Assembly: GCA_963834445.1 (NCBI GenBank)
Contig: CAWIBU010000009.1
Span: 928,243-992,242, forward strand
Direction of reading: 5' to 3'
DNA: 64,000 nt
From: an uncultured Acidobacteriaceae bacterium
Lineage (GTDB): Bacteria > Acidobacteriota > Terriglobia > Terriglobales > Acidobacteriaceae
The translations under genes were made by a program, and so were the position numbers. The notes below the pieces were generated by a model, which searched no databases, had not been told where the DNA came from, and worked only from the letters and a program-made list of their open reading frames with translations. Each line of letters begins with the position of its first letter. Within the stretch, counting starts at the first letter, position 1. Positions 16,673 through 25,849 of this stretch are shown here, piece after piece.

Positions 16673-16749
16673 CCAAAGTTGCATGAATAGGTGTTGCCAG
16701 TTCTATTCAGTAACTTTGATAGTGATATAGGCAGTGGTTACGGAGACCT

Positions 16750-17574
16750 GTGGGAGTGACGGCGGTGGCGACAGCAACGGCTCAGTTCCGGCAGATTCTG
16801 GGAATTCGATTTTTTATTGGCAATGCGGATGAAGCCATCGCTCGTATCAGCGGTGGCGGTTTACTGGTAGTTCCTGCAGCGCCCGCGTTAAAAAACCTTG
16901 AAAACGATCCGGCCTATCGCGAAGCGCTGCAAAGCGCCGACCTGGTCATTACAGATAGCGCATTCATGGTTCTGATCTGGAATCGCCTGAAGCGCGATTC
17001 CATCCGCCGTGTTTCTGGCTTGAAATATCTTTGTTCCTTGCTAAAGCAACCCGACTTCTTAGCCCCGGGCCATAGCTTCTGGATCATGGCTAGTGAAGAG
17101 AGTGCAGAGAGAAACTGCGCCTGGTTGCGCCGGCAGGGAATCGAACTCGCAGCGGCCGACAGTTACATCGCGCCGCAATATGGCCAAACTGTGCTCGATC
17201 CCGTCCTTCTCCAGCAAATCAATGAGCGGCGTCCTCGTCACATCGTTGTGTCCATTGGGGGCGGCAAGCAGGAACGCCTCGGTCTTTATCTCCGGAGCCA
17301 GCTCCAGTACAGGCCTTCCATTCATTGCATCGGGGCGGCCATCGCCTTTTTAAGTGGAGACCAGGTACAGATCCCGCGATGGGCTGACCGTATGTATCTC
17401 GGCTGGCTCTTTCGCTGCCTCTCAGATCCGCGTCGTTACATGCCGCGCTACTGGGATGCCCGCAAGCTTCTTTCCCTGATGATCCGTTACGGTAGCAGTC
17501 TTCCTGATTCCCTCAAGAACCCCGAGTTAACCAAGAACGACCGCATCCCCTCCACTCCCACCACCGTCCCCTAG
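16750..17574 (+). CDS. WecB/TagA/CpsF-family glycosyltransferase
   Basis: The ILGIRFFIGNADEAI...VVPAAPAL...VVSIGGGKQERL pattern is typical of the family. GTG start. Confidence 0.75.
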   Translation: MGVTAVATATAQFRQILGIRFFIGNADEAIARISGGGLLVVPAAPALKNLENDPAYREALQSADLVITDSAFMVLIWNRLKRDSIRRVSGLKYLCSLLKQPDFLAPGHSFWIMASEESAERNCAWLRRQGIELAAADSYIAPQYGQTVLDPVLLQQINERRPRHIVVSIGGGKQERLGLYLRSQLQYRPSIHCIGAAIAFLSGDQVQIPRWADRMYLGWLFRCLSDPRRYMPRYWDARKLLSLMIRYGSSLPDSLKNPELTKNDRIPSTPTTVP

Positions 17575-17624
17575 TGTGGTGCGTCCCTAATAACGTCCAC
17601 TATGTTTACCAACCTGTCGGGTGC

Positions 17625-17890
17625 CCCAGTCCCGCAGGGACGACTGAGAGTAGCCCAGGATGCAATCCTGGGTAGGGAAAGCAAAACAGAGCAGTCCCGT
17701 AGGGACGGCTGAAGTGGGAAGGACGAAGTCCTGTTTTCCCTCAGCCATTGTTGACGGAGCAATCCTCCCAGGATTTCATTCTGGGGAATCATCAGCCGTC
17801 CCTTCGGGACTGCTCTGTTTTATCCGTGTTTACCCAGGACTTCATTTAGGACTTCATCTTGGGCTATTTTCAGTCGTCCCTGCGGGACGG
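17625..17890. repeat. Nested palindromic repeat carrying four GTCCC-NNN-GGGAC hairpins
   Basis: Hairpins at 17629-17641, 17694-17706, 17798-17810 and 17876-17888. Outer arm 17629-17647 pairs with 17870-17888. Inner arm 17681-17712 pairs with 17793-17822. Confidence 0.8.
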
Positions 17891-17928
17891 AAGCTTGAAA
17901 ATATATAGGAGTTATTTCTCTTAGACGA

Positions 17929-19530
17929 CTACTGGCTCGATCGCACGCTCGCGCGCTGTGTCTCCGCATGCTTGGCCGCCGTTTCCAGCGCCTTTGCCTG
18001 GGGTAGATAGTCGAGCGCCTTGTTGATCATTGGATCCCAATTGGCCCGCACCTTCAGCCCTTCTTCCTGGCCAAACTGCGTGGTGAAAATCTCCGCCTTG
18101 ATGTTGGCCTTTACCCAATCCATCACCGGGGCCAGTTCCGCATCGGTATAGGGAATCAGCTGGCTGGTCAGAAACTTCTTGAATTCATCCATCACCGCAT
18201 CGTCGACCTGAAAGTCTTTGCCCACCGTCCGGCTGGCCATGTAGTGCTTGGCGAAGTTGAAGAATGCGTAATGCTCGAGCAGTACATCCTGAACGGGGAC
18301 AGACTTCGGCGTGTCGATCTTATCGTCGGGAGTAATGCCGCCACCCCCAAACACCGTGCGTCCGGAGTCGGTCGCCTTGACCTCACGACTCTTCGTGTCC
18401 TGCGGTTGATCGTGATTGTAGTAGTAGTCATACAGCGAAACACCGTTGTAGTTGCGCTGGATGAGCCGTCCGCTCGGCGTGTAGTAGTGATACGTCGTCA
18501 GCGCCAGGCCAGTGTTCTCAGACAACGGATAAACCGTCTGCACCAGTCCCTTGCCGAACGTGGTTTCGCCGGCAATGATTGCGCGATCGTGATCCTGCAG
18601 TGCGCCGGAAACAATTTCCGCCGCCGATGCCGTCCCGTGGTTCACCAGGACCACAATAGGATATTCCCGGCCACCATTGCCGTGGGTCGCACGATACGTC
18701 TGTTCCGGAAACGCCCGCCCACGCTGGGAAACAATCACCTGTCCTTTTTCCAGAAACTTGTCGCAGACTGCCACCGCTTCACTCAGCAAACCACCCGGGT
18801 TACCGCGCAGGTCGAGCACCAGTCCATCGATGTTGCCGAAATGCTCCAGCGCATCCGAGAGCTCGTGGCCGGTCGTCTCCTGAAAATTCGTAATGTGCAC
18901 ATATCCCACCGTGGGCCGGATCATGTACGAAAGGTCAATGCTGTTGTGCGGAATCTCATCCCGGATCAGATCGAATACCAGTGGCTTGGCCGCACCCTCG
19001 CGCGCAATCGTGATCTGCACATGGGTCCCTTTGGGTCCCTTGAGCACGTTGGCCACATCTTCCGAGTTCATGTTGTCGGTCGACTTGCCGTCCACCGCGA
19101 CGATCACATCGCCGGGCCGGATCCCTGCCTTGAACGAAGGCGTGCCTTCAAACGGACTGACCACCACAATCTTGTTGTTCTGCGGTTGAATCAACATCCC
19201 CACGCCGTAGTACTTGCCATGCTGGTCTTCGCGCATTTTGGCGTAGGCTTTGGGATCGTAAAAACTGGAATGGGGGTCGAGCACGCGCAGCATGCCGGGG
19301 ATAGCCCCGTCGTAGATGGCTTTGCCCGCCTTATCGCCGGTCAGTGGTTCCGCGTAATTTTGTTCCACCATGTCGTACACGCTGGTGAAGGAGCGCAAAT
19401 CATCGCGCAGCGCAGACTCGTCGGTACTCGATTGCGCACCCAGCCTCTGGCTTACCACTGTACCCAGGAAGCCACAAACCACAAAAAAGAGGAGGAGGGA
19501 GAACAAGAAACGTCGTGTGCGGGAAGCCAT
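17929..19530 (-). CDS. S41-family C-terminal processing peptidase with a PDZ domain
   Basis: Motifs LDLRGNPGGLL, VLVNHGTASAAEI and the PDZ stretch GIRPGDVIVAVDG. Start set at the ATG at 19530 (MASRTRRFLFSLLLFFVV, a signal anchor) rather than the ORF start at 19746. Confidence 0.88.
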   Translation of the reverse strand: MASRTRRFLFSLLLFFVVCGFLGTVVSQRLGAQSSTDESALRDDLRSFTSVYDMVEQNYAEPLTGDKAGKAIYDGAIPGMLRVLDPHSSFYDPKAYAKMREDQHGKYYGVGMLIQPQNNKIVVVSPFEGTPSFKAGIRPGDVIVAVDGKSTDNMNSEDVANVLKGPKGTHVQITIAREGAAKPLVFDLIRDEIPHNSIDLSYMIRPTVGYVHITNFQETTGHELSDALEHFGNIDGLVLDLRGNPGGLLSEAVAVCDKFLEKGQVIVSQRGRAFPEQTYRATHGNGGREYPIVVLVNHGTASAAEIVSGALQDHDRAIIAGETTFGKGLVQTVYPLSENTGLALTTYHYYTPSGRLIQRNYNGVSLYDYYYNHDQPQDTKSREVKATDSGRTVFGGGGITPDDKIDTPKSVPVQDVLLEHYAFFNFAKHYMASRTVGKDFQVDDAVMDEFKKFLTSQLIPYTDAELAPVMDWVKANIKAEIFTTQFGQEEGLKVRANWDPMINKALDYLPQAKALETAAKHAETQRASVRSSQ

Positions 19531-19774
19531 AGTGCGGTAATCCTCAGGGTCCGGAGGCGCAGGGATAAGCGACCCTGCTGCGCGGCCCCAGGGTCTTCTT
19601 GACTCGAAGTATATCATTGCGTGTAGGCTGGTTTTGCACCCATCCAGTGGGGTGAAACAGCAGCAAATCCGGGCTGGTCCGCTAGCTGCCAAACGTTGAG
19701 GCTGCCAGACCAGGCAAACTACCACGTAAGAGATAACGCCTACCACTTAGCAGCTATAAGAGATACTTACACCC

Positions 19775-21592
19775 ATGACGTTTTTTGAACTTCGGCAATC
19801 CACGGTGATTTTGCTTTTGAGCGCGAGCCTGGGCGCCCTTCCTTCCTTCGCCCAGGCCACCACCCCCGCCAAAGGCGCAACCGACAACCCGCCCGTCACC
19901 GGCAAGGTTGTGGAAGATATCGTTGCCCGGGTGAATGACCAGATCGTCACCCAGTCTGATTACGATCGCGCCGCCGAACAACTTGACGCCGAGGCCAAAC
20001 AGCAGGCAATACCTGCCCAGCAGCTGGCTCAAAAGCAAAAAGATCTGCTGCGCGATCTGATCGACCAGCAACTCCTGCTTTCCAAAGCGAAGGAGCTCGG
20101 CATCACGGGCGAAACCGAGTTGATCAAGCGACTCGATGAGATAAGGAAACAAAATCATCTGGAGTCGATGGATGACCTGGAGAAAGCCGCCCAGCAACAA
20201 GGTGTCTCCTATGAGGATTTTAAGGCCAATATCCGCAACGGCATCGTTACCCAGCAGGTCGTGCGCGACGAAGTTGGCCGCCACATCACCATGTCCCCCG
20301 GTGATGTGCAGAAGTTCTACAAAGCCCATGAGAGCGAGTTTGCCCAGCCCGAATCCGTAACGTTGAACGAGATTTTGATCCCCACCCCGGTTAAGGCGGG
20401 AACGGAAGCGACCGACCCAGCACAGGTTGCGGCCGCGCAGGCGCAAGCCGATGCGATCGCTGCCAAGCTTGCGGCTGGCGCAAAATTTGACGAGCTGGCC
20501 AAGCCTGCACCCGCCGATCCACTGGCTCCCAGGAGCGTTGCCCTGGGTGAGTTTCGCCGCGGCATGCTGGCCAAAGAGATTGAGGACAAAGCCTTCGCCC
20601 TGAATGCCGGCCAATATACGCAACCAATCCGCACCAAACAGGGCTTCATCATTCTGCAGGTCACCGACCACACCCAAGGCGGCGACGAAAGCTTCAAGAA
20701 AGCCGAGCCTCAGGTCGAGGAAGCACTCTTTATGGAGCGCATGCAGCCGGCACTGCGTACCTACCTCACCAAGCTGCGGGAAGAGGCTTATGTAGAAATC
20801 AAGCCAGGGGCCGTGGACACCGGGTCCAGTGGCAATGAAATGCGCCTGAGCTACAGCGCCTATACCCCTCCGGCGCCTAAGAAGAAACAGAAGTTTGCCC
20901 GCACGCGTTTCCGCGGCAGAGACCGCTCCCGGTCCGTTAAGACCGCATCGGCGGCCACTGCCGCTCCGGCGGCGTCGCCGGCAGCGACTCCCAACGCGGT
21001 TACCGCAAGCACGGCTCCCGCCACCGCGGCCCCCGCCGCCAAGCCCGCGGCCGCGCAACAAGCCAGCAATAACGAACCAGGGATCCAGAAGCCAGGCAAA
21101 CGCGAGAAGATCCGCTTTGGCCAGGCGCCGCGTGAGTCTCTGCCGGCTTCGCAGGTAGCGACCGCCGTCGTTCCCGATAACACCCCCGGAGTCACCACGC
21201 CCGAGACCCGCGTGGTCAACCCCGACGGCACGATCAGTGGGGAAACCGCGCCGGTGAATGAGCATAAAACCCGCCTCAGCAACCGCCCGTCCGTGAAGAA
21301 GGTGAAGAACGCCAAGCCCGGCGCTGACGATACCTCGTCCCGCCCGACGGATGAGGAGTTGGCATCGCAGAAGGTGCAAAATGCACCCTTGGGATTGACC
21401 GACCCAAACGCCAAGCCGAAGCCCAAGGTTAAAGCTGAAAAAACCCGCTACTCGGCCAGGCCGACAACCACCGATGAGCCTGCCCCGTATCTGGGCAAAC
21501 CGGAGCCGGGGTCGACTGCGCCCGCCGCGGGCCCCTCCAGCACCCCCCCAGCTCCTGCGAATACCACCCCGCCGGCCGCGCCACAACCGTAA
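19775..21592 (+). CDS. SurA-like periplasmic chaperone / parvulin PPIase with a long Pro/Ala/Thr-rich C-terminal tail
   Basis: Signal peptide, a SurA_N-like region (IVARVNDQIVTQSDYDRA), and a parvulin core ending in TKQGFIILQV. The last ~250 aa are low complexity. Confidence 0.78.
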   Translation: MTFFELRQSTVILLLSASLGALPSFAQATTPAKGATDNPPVTGKVVEDIVARVNDQIVTQSDYDRAAEQLDAEAKQQAIPAQQLAQKQKDLLRDLIDQQLLLSKAKELGITGETELIKRLDEIRKQNHLESMDDLEKAAQQQGVSYEDFKANIRNGIVTQQVVRDEVGRHITMSPGDVQKFYKAHESEFAQPESVTLNEILIPTPVKAGTEATDPAQVAAAQAQADAIAAKLAAGAKFDELAKPAPADPLAPRSVALGEFRRGMLAKEIEDKAFALNAGQYTQPIRTKQGFIILQVTDHTQGGDESFKKAEPQVEEALFMERMQPALRTYLTKLREEAYVEIKPGAVDTGSSGNEMRLSYSAYTPPAPKKKQKFARTRFRGRDRSRSVKTASAATAAPAASPAATPNAVTASTAPATAAPAAKPAAAQQASNNEPGIQKPGKREKIRFGQAPRESLPASQVATAVVPDNTPGVTTPETRVVNPDGTISGETAPVNEHKTRLSNRPSVKKVKNAKPGADDTSSRPTDEELASQKVQNAPLGLTDPNAKPKPKVKAEKTRYSARPTTTDEPAPYLGKPEPGSTAPAAGPSSTPPAPANTTPPAAPQP

Positions 21593-22594
21593 GTGCCGGG
21601 CGACATGAAAGAAAATTACGTTGCGGACTTGGGCAAGTTCGAAAATCAGGCCGTGGTCTCTTTCTTTGCCGTCACAGCAAAGCAGTTGCGCAGCCGCAAA
21701 GACGGTGGCCAATACCTGGCGTTGACCCTGGGCGACCGCACCGGCCAGATCGAATCCCGCATGTGGGACAACTCCGTCGAGTCCGCTGCCGGGTTTGACC
21801 AGGGGGACGTGGTCAAGGTTCGTGCCGAGGTCTGTCGCTACAACGGCAAACTGCAACTCAACCTGGAAAAAGTGCGCCGGGCCACCGCGGATGAGTTTGA
21901 GCTGGCCGACTACGTACCCCAGACGAGCAAAGACGTGGCCGAGTTGTGGGCGACGCTGGTCCGCACCGTCGACAGCTTTACCGATCCCGCTCTTCAGGCG
22001 CTGGTGCGTTCGTTTCTTGACGATCCCGTCTTTGCGGCTGCATTCCGTGAGGCTCCGGCGGCCAAAGCTCTGCATCACGCCTGGCTGGGCGGTCTTCTGG
22101 AGCACGTGGTCTCGCTGCTCGGGCTGTGCGACCTGGCGGCAAAGCACTATCCTGAGATCCACCGCGATCTGCTGCTCACCGGCGCGATCCTGCATGACAT
22201 TGGCAAGCTCGAAGAGCTGAGCTGGGGCACCAGCTTCGGCTACACCCTGCAGGGCCAGCTGGTGGGGCACATCACCATCGGCCTTGGCATGATCGAGAAG
22301 AAGCTCGCCGCGTTACCCGACTTCCCCCCCAACCTGCGCCTGCTGGTCGAGCACATGGTCTTGAGCCACCATGGCAAGTTGGAATTTGGTTCGCCCAAAT
22401 TGCCGATGATTCCAGAGGCTGTGCTGTTCAATTTCCTCGACGATCTGGATGCCAAGATGCATACCATGCGCGCCGAATTTGAACGTCACGAAGCGCAAGG
22501 CGGCCTGCCCGGCGAGATGACCGACTGGGTGCGCTCCATGGACCGGCCGCTGCTCAACACCGCCACCTTCCTCAAGCCCAGATCGGAGGAGTAA
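21593..22594 (+). CDS. OB-fold plus HD-domain nuclease (YhaM-like 3'-5' exoribonuclease family)
   Basis: Motifs HHAWLGGLLEHV and GAILHDIGKLEE following an N-terminal OB-like region. The start could be the GTG at 21593 or the ATG at 21605. Confidence 0.72.
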   Translation: MPGDMKENYVADLGKFENQAVVSFFAVTAKQLRSRKDGGQYLALTLGDRTGQIESRMWDNSVESAAGFDQGDVVKVRAEVCRYNGKLQLNLEKVRRATADEFELADYVPQTSKDVAELWATLVRTVDSFTDPALQALVRSFLDDPVFAAAFREAPAAKALHHAWLGGLLEHVVSLLGLCDLAAKHYPEIHRDLLLTGAILHDIGKLEELSWGTSFGYTLQGQLVGHITIGLGMIEKKLAALPDFPPNLRLLVEHMVLSHHGKLEFGSPKLPMIPEAVLFNFLDDLDAKMHTMRAEFERHEAQGGLPGEMTDWVRSMDRPLLNTATFLKPRSEE

Positions 22595-22597
22595 CGC

Positions 22598-22975
22598 ATG
22601 TACTATCTGCTCAAAACAGAACCGTCCGCCTACGCTTTTGCCGAGCTGGTCAAGGAGAAAGAAACCGACTGGACGGGGGTCACCAATCCCCAGGCGGTGA
22701 AAAACCTCAGGGCCATGCAGAAGGGCGACAAGCTGGTCATCTATCACACCGGCGACGAGAAGGCAGCGGTTGGTCTGGCGCATGTAAAGTCAGTCGACAT
22801 TTCTGATCCCAAAGTGCCCCTGGTGCGCATCGTAGCTGGGCCGGCGATCAAGCATCCGAAAACCCTGGCAGACATGAAGCAGCACGCGCTCTTTCAACAG
22901 TCGCCGCTGGTGCGGCAATCAAGGCTCTCAGTCGTGCCCCTCGACCACGCCCAATACGACTGGATTGTGCTCTAG
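22598..22975 (+). CDS. EVE (PUA-like) domain protein
   Basis: 125 aa. MYYLLKTEPSAYAF...GDKLVIYHTG matches the typical EVE domain layout. Confidence 0.75.
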   Translation: MYYLLKTEPSAYAFAELVKEKETDWTGVTNPQAVKNLRAMQKGDKLVIYHTGDEKAAVGLAHVKSVDISDPKVPLVRIVAGPAIKHPKTLADMKQHALFQQSPLVRQSRLSVVPLDHAQYDWIVL

Positions 22976-22977
22976 TC

Positions 22978-23141
22978 CAGAAATTTGTCATCTCGACCGG
23001 AGCGTACCCGGATTCCTGTTTCGCTACGTCAGACAGATCCACGTGTGCGGTCTTCTTTAAGGAAGACCGCATAAAGTTTGCCAGCGCCACCACCCTCGAC
23101 AGGAATTCGGGGGAGCGTAGTGGAGAGATCTGCGGTTCGCC
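22978..23141 (+). repeat. Repeat A carrying the B insert
   Basis: Near-identical to 915-1075. Confidence 0.85.
23007..23111 (+). mobile_element. MITE-like element B, copy 5
   Basis: TIRs at 23007-23019 and 23099-23111. A perfect 8-bp GGAGCGTA flanks it at 22999-23006 and 23112-23119. Confidence 0.65.
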
Positions 23142-23217
23142 CACTCCCTCTACTGGACTGCCATCCTGATTCCCCCCTCAAAATCGTCTACAATCAAACG
23201 TTAGGTCTACTCGCCCA

Positions 23218-24396
23218 ATGCTACGTTTCTCAACAGCTGGTGAATCACATGGCGAGTGTCTCATCGCCCTTATTTCGGGTCTCCCCGCGGGCCTCGACGT
23301 CGACCTCGCCTTTATCGACCGTGAGCTTTGGCGGCGGCAGCAGGGCTTCGGCCGTGGCGGCCGCATGCACATCGAGCAGGACCGCGCCCACATCCTCTCT
23401 GGCGTCCGTCATGGCAAGACCATCGGCTCCCCGGTCGCCATCCAGATTGAAAACCGCGATTGGAAAAACTGGACCGAGGTTCTCCCGGTAGCTGCCGGCG
23501 ATCCGGCAAAGCACAAGGCCGTAGCCTCCCCGCGCCCCGGCCACGCCGACCTGGCCGGCTCCCTCAAGTACGACTTTCCCGACGCCCGCTATGTGTTGGA
23601 GCGCGCCTCCGCGCGTGAATCCACCGCCCGCGTGGCCGCCGGCGCCATGGCCAAGCTGCTGTTGAAGTCGTTGAATATCGAGGTGGGCAGCCATGTCGTC
23701 CGCGTGGGCCGCGTCGACCTGCCCCGTATCGCCAAATGGGAAGAAATCGCCGCCCTCAACCAGCGCGACGAAATCCTGCTCAACTGCGTCGACCCCGCCA
23801 CCGAAGAGCAAATGAAAGCCGAAGTGGATCACGTGCTGCGCACCGGCGACTCCATCGGCGGCGTCTTTGAAGTCGTGGTCCACGGAGCCCCTGCGGGCAT
23901 CGGCACCTACGCTAACTGGGATGAGCGCCTGGATGGCCTGCTCGCCTGGGCGGTCATGTCCCTGCAGGCGGTCAAGGCAGTCGAACTCGGCCAGGGAGTC
24001 ACCGCCGCCCAATCCTTCGGCTCAGCCGTTCATGACCCCATCGGTTACAGCCCGACCGACACCAACGGAGCCACGCGATTCACCCGCGAGCACAACAATG
24101 CCGGTGGTATCGAAGGCGGCATCTCCAACGGCGAAGATATTGTCGTGCGCGGCTACCTGAAGCCGATATCCACTCTACGCCGCCCTCTGGGGTCCGTCTC
24201 CTACACCACCCGCGAGACCACCAAAGCCGCCTACGAGCGTTCGGATGTATGTGTCGTGCCTGCCGCCGGGGTGGCCGCAGAAGCGATGGTCGCCTTCACC
24301 ATGGCGAAACTCGCGTTGGAAAAATTCGGCGGCGACTCAGCCGGCGAACTCAGCAGAAACTACCAGGGGTACCTGGAGCAGATTCGCCGATTCTAA
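23218..24396 (+). CDS. aroC: Chorismate synthase
   Basis: The MLRFSTAGESHG N-terminus and the length (392 aa) are typical. Confidence 0.95.
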   Translation: MLRFSTAGESHGECLIALISGLPAGLDVDLAFIDRELWRRQQGFGRGGRMHIEQDRAHILSGVRHGKTIGSPVAIQIENRDWKNWTEVLPVAAGDPAKHKAVASPRPGHADLAGSLKYDFPDARYVLERASARESTARVAAGAMAKLLLKSLNIEVGSHVVRVGRVDLPRIAKWEEIAALNQRDEILLNCVDPATEEQMKAEVDHVLRTGDSIGGVFEVVVHGAPAGIGTYANWDERLDGLLAWAVMSLQAVKAVELGQGVTAAQSFGSAVHDPIGYSPTDTNGATRFTREHNNAGGIEGGISNGEDIVVRGYLKPISTLRRPLGSVSYTTRETTKAAYERSDVCVVPAAGVAAEAMVAFTMAKLALEKFGGDSAGELSRNYQGYLEQIRRF

Positions 24397-24410
24397 GGGA
24401 CTCCGCCGCA

Positions 24411-24920
24411 ATGATTTATCCGATCGTCAAGTTTCCTGACCCCATCCTGCAGCGGCCGGCGGCCCCCGTCACCGTCTTCGATGAGGAATTGAGCCAGCTG
24501 GTCGACGACATGTTTGAGTCCATGTACGCCGCCCACGGCATCGGCCTCGCTGCCCCGCAGATCGGTGTGCCCAAACGGCTGACCGTCATCGATCTCAGCT
24601 TCCAGAAAACGCCTGAGGACAAAATCGCCCTCATTAATCCCGAGGTCATCACTTCCGACGGAAAGATTTTTGAGGAAGAGGGCTGCCTCAGCCTGCCTGA
24701 CATTCGCGAGAAGGTAGCGCGCGCCGCAAAAGTGAAAATCCGCGCCCAGGACGTCAAGGGCAACTGGTTCGAGCGTGAAGCCGACGACCTGCTGGCGCGC
24801 GCGTTTCAGCATGAGATTGATCACCTCGACGGCATCCTCTTCATCTTTCGCATCAGCGCGCTCAAGCGCGATTTTGCGCTGCGCAAGATCCGCAAACTGC
24901 AGCGGGCCGGGGAATGGTAA
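24411..24920 (+). CDS. def: Peptide deformylase
   Basis: Motifs GIGLAAPQIG, EEGCLSLP and HEIDHLDG. Start at the ATG at 24411 (MIYPIVKFPDPIL). Confidence 0.95.
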   Translation: MIYPIVKFPDPILQRPAAPVTVFDEELSQLVDDMFESMYAAHGIGLAAPQIGVPKRLTVIDLSFQKTPEDKIALINPEVITSDGKIFEEEGCLSLPDIREKVARAAKVKIRAQDVKGNWFEREADDLLARAFQHEIDHLDGILFIFRISALKRDFALRKIRKLQRAGEW

Positions 24921-25849
24921 GGCTCGTCTTTTGCGGAACTCCGCAGTTCGCCCTTCCCACACTGCAAGCCCTGCTGGGCGCCGGTCACATGATTGAGCTG
25001 GTCGTCACCCAGCCTGACCGGGTACGCGGCCGCGACCAGGCTCCCTCCCCACCCCCGGTAAAAACGCTGGCTCTCGAAGCCGGCTTGCCCGTCTTGCAGC
25101 CGGAGAAAATCAAGAACAATCCTGACTTCCGCGCCCATCTGGAAGCGATCAGACCCGACGCCATCATCGTCGTCGCCTACGGCCGCATCATCCCCGACTG
25201 GATGCTGCAGTTGCCGCGCTACGGCAACCTCAACCTGCACGCTTCGCTGCTCCCCAAATACCGCGGCGCCGCGCCCATTCAGTGGGCTGTGGCCAACGGT
25301 GAGACCGTCACCGGCGCCACCACCATGCGCATCGACCAAGGCCTGGATACCGGCGACATGTTGCTGCAGCGCGAGTTGCCGATCCATCCTCAGCAAACCG
25401 CCGCCGACCTTTTCCCCCTGCTCGCGGCCAGCGGAGCCGGCCTGATGCTGGAAACGCTTGCCGGCTTGGAGGCAGGCACCCTGCACCCCATCCCGCAGGA
25501 CAACAGCGCCGCCTCCCTGGCGCCGATCCTCGAGCGTGAGGATGCGCTGGTCGATTTCCTCCGCCCAGCCGGCGAGATCTACAACCGCTGGCGTGGCTTT
25601 CAGCCCTGGCCCGGCGCCTACACCTTTTTCCGCGGCAAGAAGCTGACCTTGCATCGTCTGCTGCCCGCCGAGCCGGCAACCCTTGCTCCCGCGGAGCTGT
25701 TGGTTGAGGGCGATCGCCTCTACGTGGGTGCGGGCGCGGGTACGCGGCTTGAGCTGCTGGAGATTCAGCTCGAAGGCAAGAAACGCCTGCCGGTGGCCGA
25801 GTTCCTGCGCGGTGCCGCTCCCCTTCTCCACGAGACCCTGGGGTCATGA
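24914..25849 (+). CDS. fmt: Methionyl-tRNA formyltransferase
   Basis: MVRLVFCGTPQFALPTL and NLHASLLPKYRGAAPIQW. Overlaps the def stop. Confidence 0.95.
   Translation: MVRLVFCGTPQFALPTLQALLGAGHMIELVVTQPDRVRGRDQAPSPPPVKTLALEAGLPVLQPEKIKNNPDFRAHLEAIRPDAIIVVAYGRIIPDWMLQLPRYGNLNLHASLLPKYRGAAPIQWAVANGETVTGATTMRIDQGLDTGDMLLQRELPIHPQQTAADLFPLLAASGAGLMLETLAGLEAGTLHPIPQDNSAASLAPILEREDALVDFLRPAGEIYNRWRGFQPWPGAYTFFRGKKLTLHRLLPAEPATLAPAELLVEGDRLYVGAGAGTRLELLEIQLEGKKRLPVAEFLRGAAPLLHETLGS

Noticed and set aside
20850-21592. The Pro/Ala/Thr-rich ~250-aa tail of the SurA-like protein as a separate gene or a frameshifted region.
   Set aside because: The frame is continuous from the parvulin domain to the stop, and no alternative frame gives a recognisable protein. 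Low-complexity C-terminal tails on periplasmic chaperones are plausible, so it is kept as one CDS.
19754-22270. Very long ORFs antisense to real genes: 19754..22270, 57677..60085, 51814..53967, 7518..8546, 18244..19602, 5761..6741, 24821..25831 and 45..869.
   Set aside because: Each lies opposite a gene with clear family motifs (SurA-like/YhaM-like, secA, aceE, sucA, S41 protease, the SIS protein, fmt, MFS). Their translations are Arg/Gly/Ala-rich and carry no recognisable motifs. This is the usual stop-codon-poor antisense frame of GC-rich DNA.
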